Source: a virus. From it: a stretch of DNA of 42,828 bases. Below are positions 40,315 through 42,828 of this stretch, piece by piece. How positions within the stretch are numbered: position 1 is the stretch's first letter; every line of letters starts with the position of its first letter. The DNA lies in IMG/VR virus record IMGVR_UViG_3300017447_000003, positions 1 to 42,828 of that record; one strand, written 5' to 3'. The position numbers were made by a program, and so were the translations under genes. Below the pieces are notes generated by a model that saw only the letters and a list, made by a program, of their open reading frames with translations, made no database searches and was not told where the DNA came from.

Positions 40315-42624
40315 TTGACGGACGTACCGCATAGGCCGCGCGCCAGAGGCTTAGGGGCTTCGCGCAGCTTGGACGTACTGGCGAGGCATGGGGATGGCTA
40401 TTACGTGGACCTTGATTACCACCAAATACACAATGCACTGACTGCGATAGTACCCCCCGGCGCTGTCTTTGAACTGCGCTTGCTTGGGTCGCGTAAAGGG
40501 CAGATCGATAGCGGCTACTTTGATAGCCCGGCGCTGGCGGCGAACGCCATTGTATCCGCTAGCGGGTACTACAAGGGCATGTACTTTACGCCTAACCCGG
40601 TCATGTCGGACGCGCTGGCGCGCAGCTACAACCGCGTAACGCCGTGGTCGCAGCATACGACGCAAGACCCGGAAGTTACCCGCCGCCGCTGGCTTATGGT
40701 CGATATCGACGCCCGCCGCCCGGTAGGTATTTCCAGCAGCGTGGCAGAACATGCAGCTACTTTAAATTGCGCGCACGCCATCGCCGCCGTGCTTACCATG
40801 ATGTACGGTTTCCCCGATCCAATGATAACGGATAGCGGCAACGGTGCATGGCTAATGTACCGGGTGGATGAAGAAAACAGCGATACGGTACGGGATGAAT
40901 TCCATACGTTCCTGCGCATCCTGAAAAAGCAATACGATAGCCCGCTGATCGACATGGATACGACCGTGTACAACGCGTCGCGTATCAGCCGTATTCCGGG
41001 TACGTGGGCGCGTAAGGGCGATAGCACGCCCGACCGGCCGCACCGTAGGAGTTCTATCGTACGCCATGCCGACGCGTTTAAGACGCTATCGGTAATCAGC
41101 ATCATGCGGTTTAACGCCGCTAATCAGCATCTTTTGCAGGGCGAAGCCAGTAAGCCGGGGGGCGTTAAGAAAAACGCTAATGAATACCCGCAGGATGAAG
41201 CTTTGTATAAGCGTCTTAATGAGTACGCCATGCGTAATCTTAAGACATGGGTTCCGCATTTCTTCCCGACTGCCCGCGAATACAAAGAGGGCTACCGGGT
41301 AATGAGTGTAGACATAGGACAGACCTATGAGGAAGACCTAACTATTCACCCATGGCCCTTGGGTATTAAGTACTTCGGGGCGGGCGATCAAGGCGACAGT
41401 ACGGAAGGGCGGCGAACGCCCGTCGCGACCATTGCGGAGTACGGCTTACAGACGACCGACAAGGGCCTAGCCGCTCGCAAGCTGTCCGATGTACTTAGCT
41501 TCCCGATCAACGAAATGGGGGCTATCCCGCCACAGACGCAGCTTACCACGCTTACGGCTGGCTTGTCCGCTGCGCCGGGGGCTGGCATGGGGGCGCTACT
41601 AGGCACTAAGCCGACTTTCTCATTTAAAGGCATCCGCAACATAGCGGACCTGAATAAGAAAGAGTTCAAGCAAATTACGTGGGCCGTCAAAGACGTACTG
41701 CCCGCCGGGAACATACTGCTAGCCGCGCGCCCTAAGATGCGTAAGACATGGCTAGCCTTGCAGCTATCGCTAGCCATCGCGCGCGGGCGGCCGTTCCTAG
41801 GTTGGGAGTGCGAGCAAGGCGACGTACTGTTCCTAGGGCTAGAGGATAACGAGCGCCGCGTACAGAACCGTATCAAGACGCTACAGAAGTTTGAGATTGA
41901 TGGCGGCGACTTGTCGGGCTTTCGGTATTGGACGGGCGGCATGGACTACAACGGGGCGGGACAGCTTACGCTTACCAACCCGGAGGAAGAACAGGCGTTG
42001 CTATCCGCCTTCCCGCGTGGGGAGGCTGGCGTAGACGCACTTGAACAGTACTTGGAACAGTTCCCTAAGACAAAGCTTGTAGTAGTCGATACGCTTAACC
42101 ACTTTCGCGGCGAACGTACCAGCCGGGACATATACCAGTCCGACTATGATGCTATGATGCCGATTACCAAGCTTGCGAACCGCAAGGGCGTATGTATCCT
42201 GCCCGTCACGCACGAAAAGAAAGGCAACGCGGATAGGGGCGTCGGTGGCGACTTTCTAGAGGACGTGACCGGTTCGGCGGGTATCAGTGGCGGCGCGGAT
42301 GGCGTTATGTCCATCAAGGGCCGCCGGGGTGTACAAGAGGAAAACGAGAGCCGTAAGCTGTACCTGTCCGGACGCGACGTACCTTTCGACTATGAAGTCG
42401 ATATTTCGTTTGACGCGGAGCGCGGAGGATGGCTAAAAGCGGCGAAGGAAGACGTTAAGGTTGCAATTCGGGCGCTTCTCACGACGCACCCGTTTCTTAA
42501 CCAGAGAGATATTCAGAATTTGCTCCCTAACGCGGGGCAGGCCCGCCTGTATCGGGCGCTAACCGACATGAAGTTGGAAGGCGAGATCGATCAAGGCAAG
42601 TTCGGGTACTGTCTCAAGCGATAG
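40315..42624 (+). CDS. Primase-helicase fusion: N-terminal AEP-type primase-polymerase domain plus C-terminal RepA/DnaB-like (AAA_25) ATPase
   Basis: TTG 40315 has AGGTGG 7 nt upstream. AEP motifs are WLMVDIDA (DxD), DSGNGAWLMY and ASRISRIPGT. The ATPase has Walker A-like ARPKMRKTW and Walker B LVVVDTLNHF. Confidence 0.75.
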   Translation: MTDVPHRPRARGLGASRSLDVLARHGDGYYVDLDYHQIHNALTAIVPPGAVFELRLLGSRKGQIDSGYFDSPALAANAIVSASGYYKGMYFTPNPVMSDALARSYNRVTPWSQHTTQDPEVTRRRWLMVDIDARRPVGISSSVAEHAATLNCAHAIAAVLTMMYGFPDPMITDSGNGAWLMYRVDEENSDTVRDEFHTFLRILKKQYDSPLIDMDTTVYNASRISRIPGTWARKGDSTPDRPHRRSSIVRHADAFKTLSVISIMRFNAANQHLLQGEASKPGGVKKNANEYPQDEALYKRLNEYAMRNLKTWVPHFFPTAREYKEGYRVMSVDIGQTYEEDLTIHPWPLGIKYFGAGDQGDSTEGRRTPVATIAEYGLQTTDKGLAARKLSDVLSFPINEMGAIPPQTQLTTLTAGLSAAPGAGMGALLGTKPTFSFKGIRNIADLNKKEFKQITWAVKDVLPAGNILLAARPKMRKTWLALQLSLAIARGRPFLGWECEQGDVLFLGLEDNERRVQNRIKTLQKFEIDGGDLSGFRYWTGGMDYNGAGQLTLTNPEEEQALLSAFPRGEAGVDALEQYLEQFPKTKLVVVDTLNHFRGERTSRDIYQSDYDAMMPITKLANRKGVCILPVTHEKKGNADRGVGGDFLEDVTGSAGISGGADGVMSIKGRRGVQEENESRKLYLSGRDVPFDYEVDISFDAERGGWLKAAKEDVKVAIRALLTTHPFLNQRDIQNLLPNAGQARLYRALTDMKLEGEIDQGKFGYCLKR

Positions 42625-42687
42625 GGGTAAACCGCATCCCGTTACGGTACCGGGTTATGTACCGCCTTTGCAAAGGAAAGTACTACC

Positions 42688-42828
42688 ATGAACGATATCA
42701 ACGGAACGGCCCTCGCAGCCCTCGCCGCCGCGCTCGCGCCGCATATCGCCACCGAACTGGCCAAGCTGAATTCGACCGGTGGCGGCGTACAGACGCAGCA
42801 GGGCGGCGGCTTCGGCGCGGCGCAGAAC
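42688..42828 (+). CDS. 5' part of the Gln/Gly-rich protein gene, cut by the window end (continues at base 124)
   Basis: ATG 42688 has AAGGAAAG upstream. 47 codons are open to the window end, in phase with 1..510. Confidence 0.6.
   Translation, partial: MNDINGTALAALAAALAPHIATELAKLNSTGGGVQTQQGGGFGAAQN
42706..42828. repeat. Terminal direct repeat, right copy (identical to 1-123)
   Basis: Same 123 nt as the window start. It is preceded by ATG 42688 of the ORF that continues at base 124. Confidence 0.9.

Overview
The window is one complete, circularly closed phage genome. The unit length is 42,705 bp, and bases 1-123 are repeated at 42706-42828. It looks like a GC-rich, strictly lytic, podovirus-like dsDNA phage.

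Two divergent transcription units leave an AT-rich 0.77 kb control region (33283-34051):
- Plus-strand early/replication unit (34052 to 42828, continuing through the junction to 9220): SprT-like protein, AAA_5 ATPase, small Zn-ribbon and membrane proteins, AEP primase-helicase fusion, Gln/Gly-rich protein, Gp49/66-like protein, DUF2800/Cas4-like nuclease, gp2.5/DUF2815-like SSB, family A DNA polymerase, VRR-NUC nuclease, SNF2 helicase.
- Minus-strand late unit (33282 down to 9317): small and large terminase, portal, scaffold, major capsid, decoration-like protein, adaptor/tail proteins, GNAT-like protein, Gln-rich fibre with an S74 chaperone domain, M23 peptidase ejection protein, tail fibres, glucosaminidase.

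The two units converge on a perfect bidirectional terminator (9221-9252). I recognised no tRNA, rRNA, CRISPR, integrase, lysogeny module or phage RNA polymerase.

The most unusual signal is at sequence level. The AT-only palindrome TTTAAA occurs 36 times, 15 of them as the full octamer ATTTAAAT. It is spread about once per 1.2 kb, sits at many gene junctions, and is also kept inside ORFs through the Leu codon TTA.

Other points worth follow-up:
- An identical 18-mer encoding QQNMFG in three replication-module genes with FG-type Gln/Gly-rich tails.
- An early SprT-like / AAA_5 / vWA-like gene triad.
- A GNAT-like gene inside the tail operon.
- A hairpin-dense non-coding segment upstream of the primase.
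- A non-canonical lysis gene set.

All family assignments come from motif recognition by eye. No searches were run.
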